64,000 nt of DNA from Vitrella brassicaformis CCMP3155 (taxonomy: Eukaryota; Protista; Chromerida), in the NCBI GenBank assembly GCA_001179505.1, contig CDMY01001028.1, positions 158,928 to 222,927 on the forward strand, in the 5' to 3' direction. The notes below the pieces were generated by a model, which saw nothing but the letters and a program-made list of their open reading frames with translations, searched no databases and was not told the origin of the DNA. Position 1 is the first letter of the stretch. Each line of letters begins with the position of its first letter. This document shows, in pieces, positions 24,515 to 36,304 of the stretch. The position numbers and the translations under genes were made by a program.

Positions 24515-26775
24515 TCACAGGGCCTCTACTTGCACGTTGGCGGGCAGGTGGCCGTTCGTGTGCCCATTGGTGGTGTAGGTGGTGTGCTCGTTGGTGTGGG
24601 CGTATGCATGGCCGTTGGTGTGGGCGTACGGGGCTCGTACGCACGAGTTGGGGCCACATGGCGGCAGCGTTTCATTCATGGCCTCCAAAATGACCGCACC
24701 CATCACGTCGAAATCACCATCCTGATGAGTGAGTGCATGAGGCGGACAGACCAGACCAGACGGGAAGAGACAATGCGTGACATGAGTGTGTGTATGTTGT
24801 GCCGGCGTACGTCAAATTGGAGAGGCAGCCGGACATCACACGCCTTTGGAATCATCTCCTCCGTCGACGGCACATTCAGATCCGACAAATCGCAGTAGCG
24901 CCTGCACACAAGGACACACACACACACGCAGACACATACCAACCGAAGGATACACTCAGCAGGTCGTTTTTCCTCCTGCCGTCTGTCTGCTGGCATGTAC
25001 CAGTTGCGGATGTTTCTGGCGTTGTCCTTGTCGCCGAAGATGCTGACCGGGACGCCTCGCTTGGCACATGCACTTAGGAAGGCCTGCGTGGCCGCGGGGG
25101 TCACACACTCTCCTGCACACACACACGCAGACACGCAGAGATACTCGTGTGCTGGGCCCTGTGTGTGTTGCCTGAGTGTGGGCGAGAGAAGAGAACATAC
25201 CGACGAGGTTGAATTGTATGCTGTCGCCCACGATCGACACGGCTGGGTACTGACGCGGCACACGCACATACGCCGATCCGCTGACATACGTGTCACGCCA
25301 CGCAGAGAGAGACAGAGAGAGATGGAGTATCTCGTGTGCTTGTGTGTGTGTGGTAGTGTAGTGTAGTACCTTTCTAGTTGAGCCTGCAGTCGGTAGTATC
25401 TTCTGTTGTATGTCTGTATCCGCTGCTCAATGGTGGCGATCTGCGGCAGCAGCACACTCGCCGCCAAGTTGCTCATCCGCAGGCTGTAGTTGGGCGTCTG
25501 AACGCACATTGGCCACATGAGAACAGTTCATTGGCTTCTCCCTCCCTCCCTCCCTCCCTCCCTCTGCTCACCTCTCTCTTGATGCGCTCGAAAACCGCCT
25601 TCGGTGGGGCCACGATGTGCTTCTCGTAGCTGACAGCCGACAACAAACGCACCACATAATCTATTAATGGCGAGGAAGGAAGGCATGGCCGTCTTCGTGT
25701 GTGTGTTTGCTTACAGCTTCTCGTAGCACCCGGCGTAGCAGATGGCCTTGGCAGCGATGACATCGTCGTTGGTCGCCAGAAAGCCGCCCTCGCCGGAATT
25801 CAGCAGCTTGTAGCTCTGCGAACTGACGACGAACAAGACACACAGTGTTCAGATGTGTGGTTGAGGGCATCCATCCATCCTTTAGAGTACCTGAAGCAGG
25901 CGGCCTTTCCGAAGTTGCCCATGAGTGTGCCGTTCCACCGCACCCCGAGTGCATGGGCGGCGTCCTCGACGAGGGTGATCTTGAGGCGCCGACAGACATC
26001 CATGACGGCACACATGTCGGGCACCTTGCCGCGCATGTACGTCAGACACAAATACCTAATGAATGAAGGCATCAAGCAGAGAGAAAACCAAACCCCCGAC
26101 ACATCACATCGTCTGGGTGACCCCCTCCTCTCCTGCCATCTTATCTCACCGTGCATTGTGCATTTTGGCTTTTCTCTCGAGGTCAGTGGGGTCGATGACA
26201 TAGTGGTCGGTGCAGTCGACGAACACCGGCCTGGCGCCGCAGTGCTCCACCGCACTCGGCACGGCCGTGAAGGAAAACCCGTTGCACAACACCACGTCGT
26301 TGGACTGCACACCCACACACTGACACCACACAACACGGCAACACACACAGGAGGGTGTGTCCATCCATGGTTATAGAATGAATGCAGTGGATCGTATGGC
26401 CCACCTTGAGAGCGAGGAAGATAGCGCTGCCGCAGCTGTTGACGCCGACGGCATACTTGAGGCCGACGTACTTGGCGAACTCCCGCTCGCACAACGAGAC
26501 ATCACTCTGGTTGTCGCTGTGGTTGTAGCGGTACATGCGGCCCTCTGACATGATCGCCTGCATACACACACAGACACAACAGGCGACATAGATGAGATGG
26601 CGCACCCAGTCCCGCAAGTAAGCACATCACAGATCTGTGCCTCGCTGCCTGTCTGGTGCCCCTGCGTGTGCCTTATCGCGTGTGTCTGTGTCCTTTCACT
26701 GACCACGGCCCGTTGGATGCCCTCCTGCGGCACCGGGTCGGGCGTCTTGATGTCTTTGCTGAAGTGCAGCACCAT
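24515..26775 (-). CDS. DegT/DnrJ/EryC1/StrS-family PLP-dependent aminotransferase (about 10 exons)
   Basis: EGRMYRYN, CEREFAKYVGLKYAVGVNSCGSAIFLALK, FSFTAVPSAVEHCGARPVFVD, LVEDAAHALG, PLP-lysine loop SQSYKLLNSGEGG and YSLRMSNLAA. Confidence 0.92.
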
Positions 26776-26937
26776 CGGAATAGACCCCCGACACGCAGAT
26801 CAGGCAGATGCCGTAGGAGAGGAAGGCAGTGCAGAGCTCAGGATGGCACTTGAGTTGCGGAGATAGGAAAATTTTGCAGACCCGGCGTGCTTCTGCTTAG
26901 GGCGCTCCCAAAACTGCTGGCACTGGACTTGCGGGCG

Positions 26938-26994
26938 AAGGAACTGAGAGCACAGGGTACTTCCTGAAACCGCTGCTGCAAGGAACTGAGAGCA
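26938..26994. promoter_or_regulatory. 15-bp perfect direct repeat in the divergent intergenic region (candidate cis-element)
   Basis: AAGGAACTGAGAGCA at 26938-26952 and 26980-26994. The repeat is directly visible; a regulatory role is inferred. Confidence 0.45.
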
Positions 26995-27043
26995 GGAGGG
27001 AGGGCACACGACTGCGTCGGCTCTTAGTGACCAACCCGACAAG

Positions 27044-29106
27044 ATGCACACAAATCGCGACATCGAGTCATCTGCCGTCAAGGCAGCTGCTGACACGGCC
27101 ACCAATGGTCATCTTCCTCACTCCAACGATCATCACAATCCATCTGTGCCCCCGTTCTTCGCCTCCCTGCCACCGCCAGACGTCAACGCACTCATCGAAC
27201 GAATCGGAGGCGGCTTGGCCCAGGTCATTGTTCTTGTTCTTGCTGGCGCTATATACTTCCTCGACGGTGCCGAGCTGTTCGTATTCTCTATTGCCAACCG
27301 GACGCACGGCGATGACCAACCATGGACGCTCAGCGCTGCTGGGAAGGGCGTGATGCTGTCGTTGGTGCTTGGAGGGTATGCGATTGGCGGATCCTGCAGT
27401 GGATATGTGGCCGACTTCATCGGCAGGAGGCGGCCCATGTTCATCGCCTTCTCGGGCCTGCTGCTGGCCAACATCCTCTTGGTGAGAGACGACATGTATG
27501 CAGATGTATCGACTCATCGGATTCCTTTACTATATGTTGTTGGCTTCTGCAGTATTTTGCCCGCACCGTGCCTCAATTGCTGGTGTTCGCTTTTTTCGCT
27601 GGGTTGTCTATGGGAGCGGGGATTCCTGTGTGGACCACCCTCTGCAGCGAGGTCTCACCGATCAGCTGGCGTGCTCCCCTGCAGGGCCTTGGCAACACAC
27701 TGCTGCCCGTGGGAAGCATCTACACCATCTGTGTCATCATCTTCGCGGACCCTGAGATGCGCACTCTGTCATGGCGGCACCTGATCGTGATGGCCTCGAT
27801 ACCAGCCCTGGTCGTGCTGCCCCTGGCGGCGTGCTTCCTGACAGAAAGCCCCCATTACTTGGCCATCAAGGGCCGGTGGGACGATGTGAGGCGTGTTTTG
27901 AGACGGCTGGCGTGGCTGAATGGGAGGAGGGTCGATGAGCTTGATGTGCACTGGGAGGATGACGGCCGACCTGGGGACAATGGAGCGGTGAGTGAACGCG
28001 ACACATCCATGACTAACCGCCTGCATGTCTGTCTGCGTGTTTTGTGTGTGCGCAGGAGGGCGACATCCCCGCTCCCTCCAGGAGTTCGTTCCACGTCGTC
28101 TTCAACGACACCTATCGCTACACTACTTTTGTGCTCTGCTGCGTCACTTTTACATGCAACATGATCTCCTATGGCCTGCTCTACGCCCTGCCACAAGTGT
28201 TCGTAGACATCGAAAAGCAGACAGGTGAACCAACGACACACAAGCTTGAAAGAGAATACACAAGCACCTGTCTGTGTATTGCAGGCATTGCCCCAGCGTA
28301 TTCCCTACTGCGTGCTGAGTTGATGTCTCTCCTGGGCAATGCTTTGTCGGTGTTTGCCGACGTGGGCCCCCGGCGTGTGACGCAGGCGGCGTCGCTGCTG
28401 CTCGAGTGCATTGCCATGGGGCTGACGGCCGCTGCACTCGTCTGGGACTGGGCTACCGTCGCCGTGTGGGCTGCCGCCATGGGCAAGTTCTGCACATTCC
28501 TTGGTCAGTACAATCAGCAGATGCACGAGAGGCCGACCGGTTCCTGTCTGATGGTTCGTCTCTGCTGTGCTGAGTGTCCGTGCAGGTCTGAACATCACTT
28601 TCCTGTATTCAGCGGAGATTTATCCCACCGTGTGTCGATCCACCGGTGTGTCGATTGCCGTCTCATCCGGCAGGATCGGGGGCATCATTGCCCCTCTCTT
28701 GTTCGAGCTCACCGTGTGGGTGGCCACTTTCCTGCCGGCGGTGGATCGCTACGACGGGGGGCGGTATTGCGTTTTCTTCGGAGTTTTGGGTGTTGCCGCT
28801 TTTGTGAGTGCTGCTTTGCTGATGACGCTCCCGTACGAGACCCGAGGGGCCAGGCTGCAGGTGAGAGGACAAATGAGTGTGTCTGCTCTTCACTGATGCG
28901 TGCGTGTGGTGATGTCTTGTGTGTGTGTGCAGGATGACGCATCAAGTGCCGGCGTCAAGAGCGACGGGTCATTTCATGAGGATTTGTGTGAGGGTCTGCT
29001 CGAGAAATGTGACGACAGCCACCACATATGCCTGCGAGTGCCGCGCGAAGGCCACACACACGGCGAGAAAGACGAGTTGAGGAGCGAGCGGCTGCTGGGA
29101 AGCTAG
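27044..29106 (+). CDS. MFS transporter, SV2/SVOP-like
   Basis: YFLDGAELFVFS, GYVADFIGRRR (MFS motif A), SEVSPISWRA, FLTESPHYL and YSAEIYPTVCRSTG...GRIGGIIAP; many TM segments across about 6 exons. Confidence 0.9.
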
Positions 29107-29521
29107 CTGCGCGTTCTGACGCACGTGTAAGGCGCGAGGATGCATGTGCTGACGTGTGTGTGCATGGGAGCGATGAAGATGAGAAAGCCGCTGTTGATAC
29201 TCATGTGACGTGTGTGTTGCGGACATGTTTGTTTGTACGTGTGGCTGGCTGCATGGCCGCTGCATAGCTTTATCAGTTTTGTATGCATGCATACCTGACT
29301 GTCTGTCTGTCTGCCTATCTGTCTGTGGGAAGGAATGTCTTGCTGGATGCGTGTGGGATGGCCTGACATGGCGAACAAGACGCGATGGGGTTTTGATATC
29401 CCACACCTGCATCTATTGCCTGCAATGTTGAGTGATGCATGAGTCAGTCAGTCATCTATCTGACACGTAACGTACACTGCACAATCATGACATTACGACC
29501 TTACAGGCAACAAACAGCCTC

Positions 29522-31281
29522 TCATCCTTTGGCTGGCCTTGCCCCCGGCCCGACCCTCTTCGCCCTCTGCAGCCATCGCCTCACGTGCGTGTGCTTGGAC
29601 TTGACTGCAAACTCAGCTCGGGACGACCCCCTGCTCACATTGACGAAGTCTGAACTGCCATCAGGCCGCTCGCTGCACACGCTGAGAGCACCGAGGTCCC
29701 TTGACCCAACGAGCTCTATGTTGCTCAACATCTCGTCGGCCTCCTTTCTGAGCCACTTAGACTTAGCTCCTTCATGAGAAGACGGAACAACAAAACAGAA
29801 AGCAGCAGTGACAGACATGTGCTCGTGGGATGAGAACAACCGACCTACTTACTTCCTTACTTTGCGCGATCTGCCGCAGCACCTCGGGTCCCTTACTGAC
29901 TGCCCAGGCCAGCGCGACATCGAGGAGGACACTGAATGGCGCGGATGTCTTGAGTGTGCTCGGGTCAGTGTGGGACTGACTCACCGACCAGCCCAAACGG
30001 GACAGACCAGCGCGCATCTGTACACACAAGGGCACCACCACATGGCTGGCACATTTTGTGTGTGTGTGGGGATAGGTAGGTGACCTCTCTGAGTGGTGGC
30101 TGGAAGTGCGCCATGTTGTAGGCAATGTCCTCCAGGTGGTAGAAGAAGGGGCACGGCTCATCCAGAGAGCACTCCTCATTGATGACCGTCAGCAGCCCCT
30201 CCAGCTCGGCACGGTTGGTCAGCACAGGCATGCCATTGGCCGCAGACTGATCCTGCTCCTTGAGATCACGGAGAGTGGACAGCAGGTGGCGCACAAACGT
30301 CTTGTCGTGCAATGGACCTGAGACAACGATACAGAAGCCCCCAAGGACAGTGATGTGATCATACGATGTCTTGCCTTGCTCCTCTCCACGTACCGATCCA
30401 CATCGGGCCAGCCAGGGTCCGCGCTGCATCTCCCTTAGCGGCACCACACTTGCACCTGTCCTCCCTTTCTTTCCCGCAGATGGTGGTCGGCGTCAGGACC
30501 CACTGCTTCGGACCCCATCGGCAGGAGGCGGCCGGCATGACATCGAATTGACGGCAGGAAGGACAGGTGGCCACCATCCCCGTGTTGATGGCTGAGTCGA
30601 CCAGGCCGCCGCCCCCCTCGAGAATCTGCACGTACACGCGGATGTAGTAGTCGACGGACAGACTCAGCAGGGGCAGAATCGACCGCCTGAAGGGAAGGAA
30701 GGCACAGCAGACGTGAAGAGAATAGCTGGGCTATCGTGTTGGTGATGGCAGGTCGACCCACCCGTGGAGAGCAGCAGCTCTGTTGAGGGCATTGAGGACT
30801 AGCCGGATGGCGCCTTCCTTCCTCGGCTTGGTAGCCATAGGCATGCCCCCGTATCGCGCCCAACATGCCGTTGACTTTGAGCCGCCACCGCCGCCACACA
30901 GTGCCTGAAAAGGGAAAAGTTGACAGGGATGCCTGGGTCCCTCGTCCTCCTGCTCCCTCTGGTCACGTCTGGTCACCTGTATATCTGTACAAGTGACGCA
31001 GAGCAGCCCATCCCGGCACACACTCTCAGCAGCCAAGGGAAACACCTCAGCTGCGGACCCGAACGGGTCCAGATCTATACACCCCACTCGCGCTCCCTTG
31101 CCGCCTCTCTCCCCGCGCCGCCACTGCCACAGGGAGTCGGCTGCATCACTCCTGGTGACGCTCATGCGGCCAGCTGTCGATTCCTTGTTGAGGGCCATGT
31201 TGGCACGGATAGATGTGACGGCCGACCCGCACAGATCTATGCAGAGAGAACCAGACGCCGCAGAACCACTGGATGTGATAC

Positions 31282-31316
<35 letters not shown>

Positions 31317-31725
31317 TCTAGCCTCATCTCACCGTTGGCAACGGCGTGGTGTATGCCTGGCACTTCAGCTGCGAACCTCAGCGAGCGCAGCCCAGTCCCC
31401 GCGTAAGGTTCCAGCACCGTCACATTGCTCGATGACAGCAGGGCCGGAGCGCCCTGCCAACGTCGCACAGGAACACCAGCAGCACTGCCTTCAGATGAGT
31501 CCTCACCAGTCGATGAGTCGTCAGTGCCATTAAGAGCCGAGAAGAATGAGTGCAGCACGAGGACAGTGAGGTCCCTGTTGAAGGACATTGCTGGATTCAT
31601 AAAGGCAGCTGGAGAGCCGCTCTTGGACGAGGGAGCATGAATCAAAACACGACCTTCCCTGTATGTGGATGGCTCGTCGCCAACAGGATCATCTTGGCTC
31701 GCTGCCGGCTCCTCCAGATCCGTCA
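29522..31725 (-). CDS. TRM1: tRNA (guanine26-N2)-dimethyltransferase
   Basis: FMNPAMSFNRDLTVL, VLEPYAGTGLRSLRFAAEV, IDLDPFGSAA, GLLCVTCTD, EGAIRLVLNAL, PLLSLSVDYYIRVYV, GPMWIG|PLHD and SVSQSHTDPSTLKTSAP. An in-frame upstream ATG at 31870 is a possible alternative start. Confidence 0.92.
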
Positions 31726-31981
31726 TAGAGACTCGTATCCGGCGCTGACAACGAATGCGCGAGAGCAGCTTCGTAGGTGCGGGAGGCAGGATGAAGGCGG
31801 GGTGACAGATCTCGAGTGGTTGCCGACTGCCGAGCCCCAGAGCATTTGAATGACTGGCAGACACGCCCATTCGAACCGCAGACAGCTCTTTAGCTCGCAC
31901 CGTTGACCGTTGACAACCCAGAAACCCAGGCCTTAATCGTCCCGAGTTCGAAAAGCAGCTCCTGCACAAAAGAGGGACAGC

Positions 31982-34900
31982 ATGGATTCCCGAGTTGACT
32001 GCACTGAGTCAGAGGTTCGTCCACGGCGCTCTGTTGACTCCCTCCCACCGCCCAAGTCAGCCCGTGACGACGACAAGCTTCTTCCCCCCTCCCCCCCATC
32101 GCCAGTCAGACGAGAGGCCCGCCGGACGTCGTCGTCCCCTTGTCACGTCGACGACACATGGGGTCTACCATCCGCAGCTGCCACTCCCAGCTTCGCGCCT
32201 CCCGGGCGACGGCTGACCGGCTCTCCCCGGGCCCCTCGCAGCCCGTCATCGTTCGCCATCTCATCACCAGCGCCGACGTCGGCCTTTTCGACGCCTCCCT
32301 ACAACCCATTTTATCCCTACCCACACCTGCACCCGGCGGCAATGCCCCTGCACCCACTCATGCACTTCCCAACCTTCTCGCCCGTTCCTCATCCTGTCTT
32401 GCCACCGGCCATCGGTGTCGCAGCCGATGCTCAGCCGGCGACGTCCTCTGATGAGCTGAGCGATGCCAGTGAGGGGAGGGCATTGCTGCCGTCAAAGAGA
32501 CGGGCGTCGAGGGAAGGGCGTATGTTCTCTCGACCGCAGGGATTGCCTGGAGTGATTCTGACTAGAGGAAGGGCCAAGGGCAGCCTTCTGAGAAAAGGTG
32601 AGTGCTAGGGGGACGAGAGGACGCGGCAATATTGGTGGTCTGTTGTGTGGATGCAGTGACCGAGGAAGAGACAGCTGAGACGGACCGGCATGAAAGCATT
32701 CGTAGTGGTGTGGCTGACAGCCTGCTGGATGACATACAGGTATTTAGAATCCCCCACGATTGCCGCGCACATTATGCACCAGTCTGCCCGTGTCGCGTCC
32801 AGCTTCTGCAGGAAGAGCGGGCGCGCCACTCGTCTGTGTTCTCGTCCAAGCTGCAGAGAGAGAGGAAACGACGATCGACTGTGCTGGAGGAACAGCGAAG
32901 GAAGACTATGGATGAAGTGACCGCGGAGCAGACACGACGGACACAGGAGACGGAGAGACAGCGGCAACAGGAGGAGCAGGTGAGACACTTCACTACCTGT
33001 CGTACTCATGTGTCCTTGTCGTGTCTCATCGTGTCAGGAGCGTGAAATGAAAGCCAAAGAAGAGACGTACATCGCCCGTATCGCTGAGTTGGAGAGGCAG
33101 CTGCAGGAAGAGAGAAGGAAAGCTCACGACAACGACAAAGCCACTCAGACTACATTCCCAGAGCCGCAGACGGCTGACACACAGCCTGATACAGTGGAAG
33201 CAGAGGAACGGCATGCAGCGGAATTGCGGGCCCTTGAGAAGGAGCAGACGCACCTGCAGCACACTCTGATCCACGAGCGCGATCAGCATCGTGAGGCGTT
33301 GAAGGCGCTTCAGGCGGATTTCGACCGACAGCTGGAGAACGAGCGCAAAAGATGCCATGCGAACCTTCAGCACCAAGCTGCTTTTTACGAGGTCAGCAGC
33401 GGCTGTCCTTCTTTGTCACTGACCATGTGATCGTGTCCTTTGCATGCAGCGTCGAATGCATCGCCTGGAGGGCCGCATAGCCCACCTGCAGAAGCAGCTT
33501 CCTCTCTGTGGCGCACCGCCCTCTTCCGGATCTGTGGATTCCCCGCCGCCGGAGCCGGCAGCATCGCTCCTTGATGGACATGTGTGCACTATGGCACTTG
33601 ATGCGCCTATTCCTCAAAGGCCGGCCAACAATAGAAAGTCCGTGCCCAGCGCAAGTCTGGGAGGAAGAAACGAGCCAGAGAAGCCAAGCCCTTGTCAGTC
33701 GCCGCCCACAAGGACATTTCAGCCAGAGGGTGGTTCTCGTCCCTCGTTGTCCGACAAAAGCAAGACGCAAGAGCTCCAGGCTATTCGTCCGGCCCCTCCA
33801 GCACGTTCGTCTACTGCTGTCGGGCCTGAGACATCACAAAAAGGGCACCATCATCCGTCAATGGAGCGGCACTTGTACCGACTCGACCTGCCGTCTCTGA
33901 GGCCAAAGCAGGAGTCTGATACCGCCACGGACACACCACTTCTCGAGGCCGAAAGGACACAAGGCGAGCAGCCGGCTGCCTCACATCAACATCAAGAGAC
34001 GGCTGATGCTGAAATGTCTGCGTCGGCTTCGGCGGAGAGGACAGAGGAGCCGTCGGCAGGGATGAGTTCAGTCGGTGATCCGCATGTACGAGGAGACATT
34101 TTGGCACTCCCCGTGGATCCCACTGCATTGGCATCGAAGCAAGACGAGAGCACAGTGGCAATGGAGCCTTCACCACCGTCTTTAAGCGCAAAACAACATC
34201 ACGAGATGGCCGCGGTGGAGCTGCCGGTCCACGGCGACTTGGTAGTTGACTATCCTTATGATGCCATAGCTGAACCGACAGAGCTCAAGAGACGGCTGCG
34301 CCACGCCCTGGCCAAGGCAGTAGCAATCGAGGTCAGGAGAGAGAAATGGGCAATTTCGTACAACTCGATCATGTCAATGCGTCTCGTCCAGGTCGACAGG
34401 ATCAATGTCATCGACTTGCTGCCGGGTTCGGTCATCGTTCGTGTGGAGGTGAGACGCGTGTATGGAGATGTAAAAATGTCATGCAAGCCAGGTCGTGTTG
34501 TATTACTGGTCGGCAGATATCTCCGTCGAGCGGTGGCCGGAAATCCTCCGATGTGTTGTCAACACTTCAGCAGCAGATAAAGGACAAGCAATCGGCACTC
34601 TATCAGCATGTCCGAAGCCTCCTCATGGACAGCAGCAGCCGCACACAGCGGAGATACAGTAAGGCAGCCCAGCCAACCAGCACAAACATCCGCTTTTACA
34701 CACACTCCTTTCTCTTGCAGTGCTGGCTGCAGAGCTCCCCATCCTGCGCCCTTCCAATTCGTCCCACGATGCCGGCACATCCTTGCGGTCGCAATCCCTC
34801 CCTGCTCCTGCCGCGACAGGAGGTCCTGCTCGCGCCGCCCTTGCCGCATCGCCACCGAAGCGGACAGACAGCTTCCCAACCGCCCGCATCACTCCTGTGC

Positions 34901-35949
34901 CAGGCACCATCTACATGCGCACACAGCCGGGACGGATCGCGCGAGTCTTCTTGAAGCGAGTGCGACCAAATGTGGCGACTGATGATGCCAAGATGGTCGA
35001 CAAGACCAGAGGAGAGAAACAAGATGAAGCCGATGCACAAAGGGATGACCAAGGAGAAGAGGAATCGCCTCTGAGAAGAAATGGAGGCCGGCAAGGCTCT
35101 CGTACGCCCCCTCAAGCGCAGCAATCGCAGCCTCAGACGCCTCTGCAAGCAGAACCTCGGCATGTCACAACGCACAAGGGCAGAGAGACGGTACCGGAGG
35201 CTGCTCGGCCTCAGACAGATATCTTTCCGACAACGTCCTTGCAAAATGCCCTCGATGAGCTGATGGCAAAGGAACAGGAAGGAAACGAAGGGGAGAAGGC
35301 TATTCTGGCGTCTCATCCGCCGGCGTCGTCGATCGAAGAGACTCACATTGCCCTTGCTGCTGACTTGGAGATCCAACGGTTCCTGTCTCGGTCAGTGCAG
35401 CAGCCACAAGGGCCGCCCCGCTCTGCGCCGGCCAGGCAAAGCGAAGCTACACAGACTGACCTTCCGGCGAAGGAATCCCCACCGACCTTGCCGCCTTCGT
35501 CTTCCTCTGACTCGTCACAAGCTCCCTTGGGGGTAGATCTTGGGAGACAGAGTCAATTCAACCTGGGCGATGTGAAGCTCCGACCCGACGAGCGACCGTC
35601 GCCGCTGAGATGGGCGCTGAGTGATGCGGGCCTTCAAGCAGCACCGATCACCCTCCCTTCTCCCCCAGAGCCTCCTTGTTGCGAGCCAGTCCCTACGTTC
35701 CGCCCCTCTGCTGTCTCCCATGTGCGAACATTCCCTCAGCCGCCCTCGCCCCCACCAGCCGACAGTGTTTGTGGACGGCGCAGGGCAAGCATGGGCGGTA
35801 TATTGAGCTCGCTAGAGCGATTCAGGAGACAGCTGGACGAGTCGTCGATGGAGCAATTGCAAGACATTCGCGAGCGGTTGCAGACTATGAAGAGGGAGGG
35901 GGAGGCCTGGTTGGCGGTGGGCAATAGTCAGGGAGGGATAGATGAATAG
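31982..35949 (+). CDS. Large low-complexity/coiled-coil protein with a small SEA-like module
   Basis: Phase-consistent exons: Pro/Ser-rich N-terminus, coiled coil (IAELERQLQEERRK...EALKALQADFDRQLENE), LAKAVAIE|VDRINVIDLLPGSVIVRVE...LQQQIKDKQSALY, Pro-rich tail and a terminal coiled coil ending at TAG 35949. Confidence 0.65.
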
Positions 35950-36304
35950 GATGGCCATCATGATGGACGGGAGCGCGGGTATCTTGAGGTATCGATATGA
36001 TTTGTGTATGTACGCATAGGCCCGTGTCCTGAGGTTTCCCGCCATCCACCATCTTGCTCGTGTATCTGTCGTGCATGGTGGACTGCAATGCTTTTGGACA
36101 ATATGCATGCATCCACTCGTCATGAGCGTTAAACCAGCTATTTGTTTTCCCGCCTCCCCTCTATCAAAAATGAATGCGTGGGCATCTGTCTGGCGGAAAA
36201 GACACCCTCACACACACGGATGGACCCAATGCACACATATCACGACGTCACGGCCCAATCGTCGGGCGGACACAACTTACCCACAGCGACGTGTGGATAA
36301 GTAG

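Noticed and set aside
27100-27120. TNGHLP peptide shared by the MFS N-terminus and the aminotransferase C-terminus
   Set aside because: It is a six-residue low-complexity match with different codons and is most likely coincidence.
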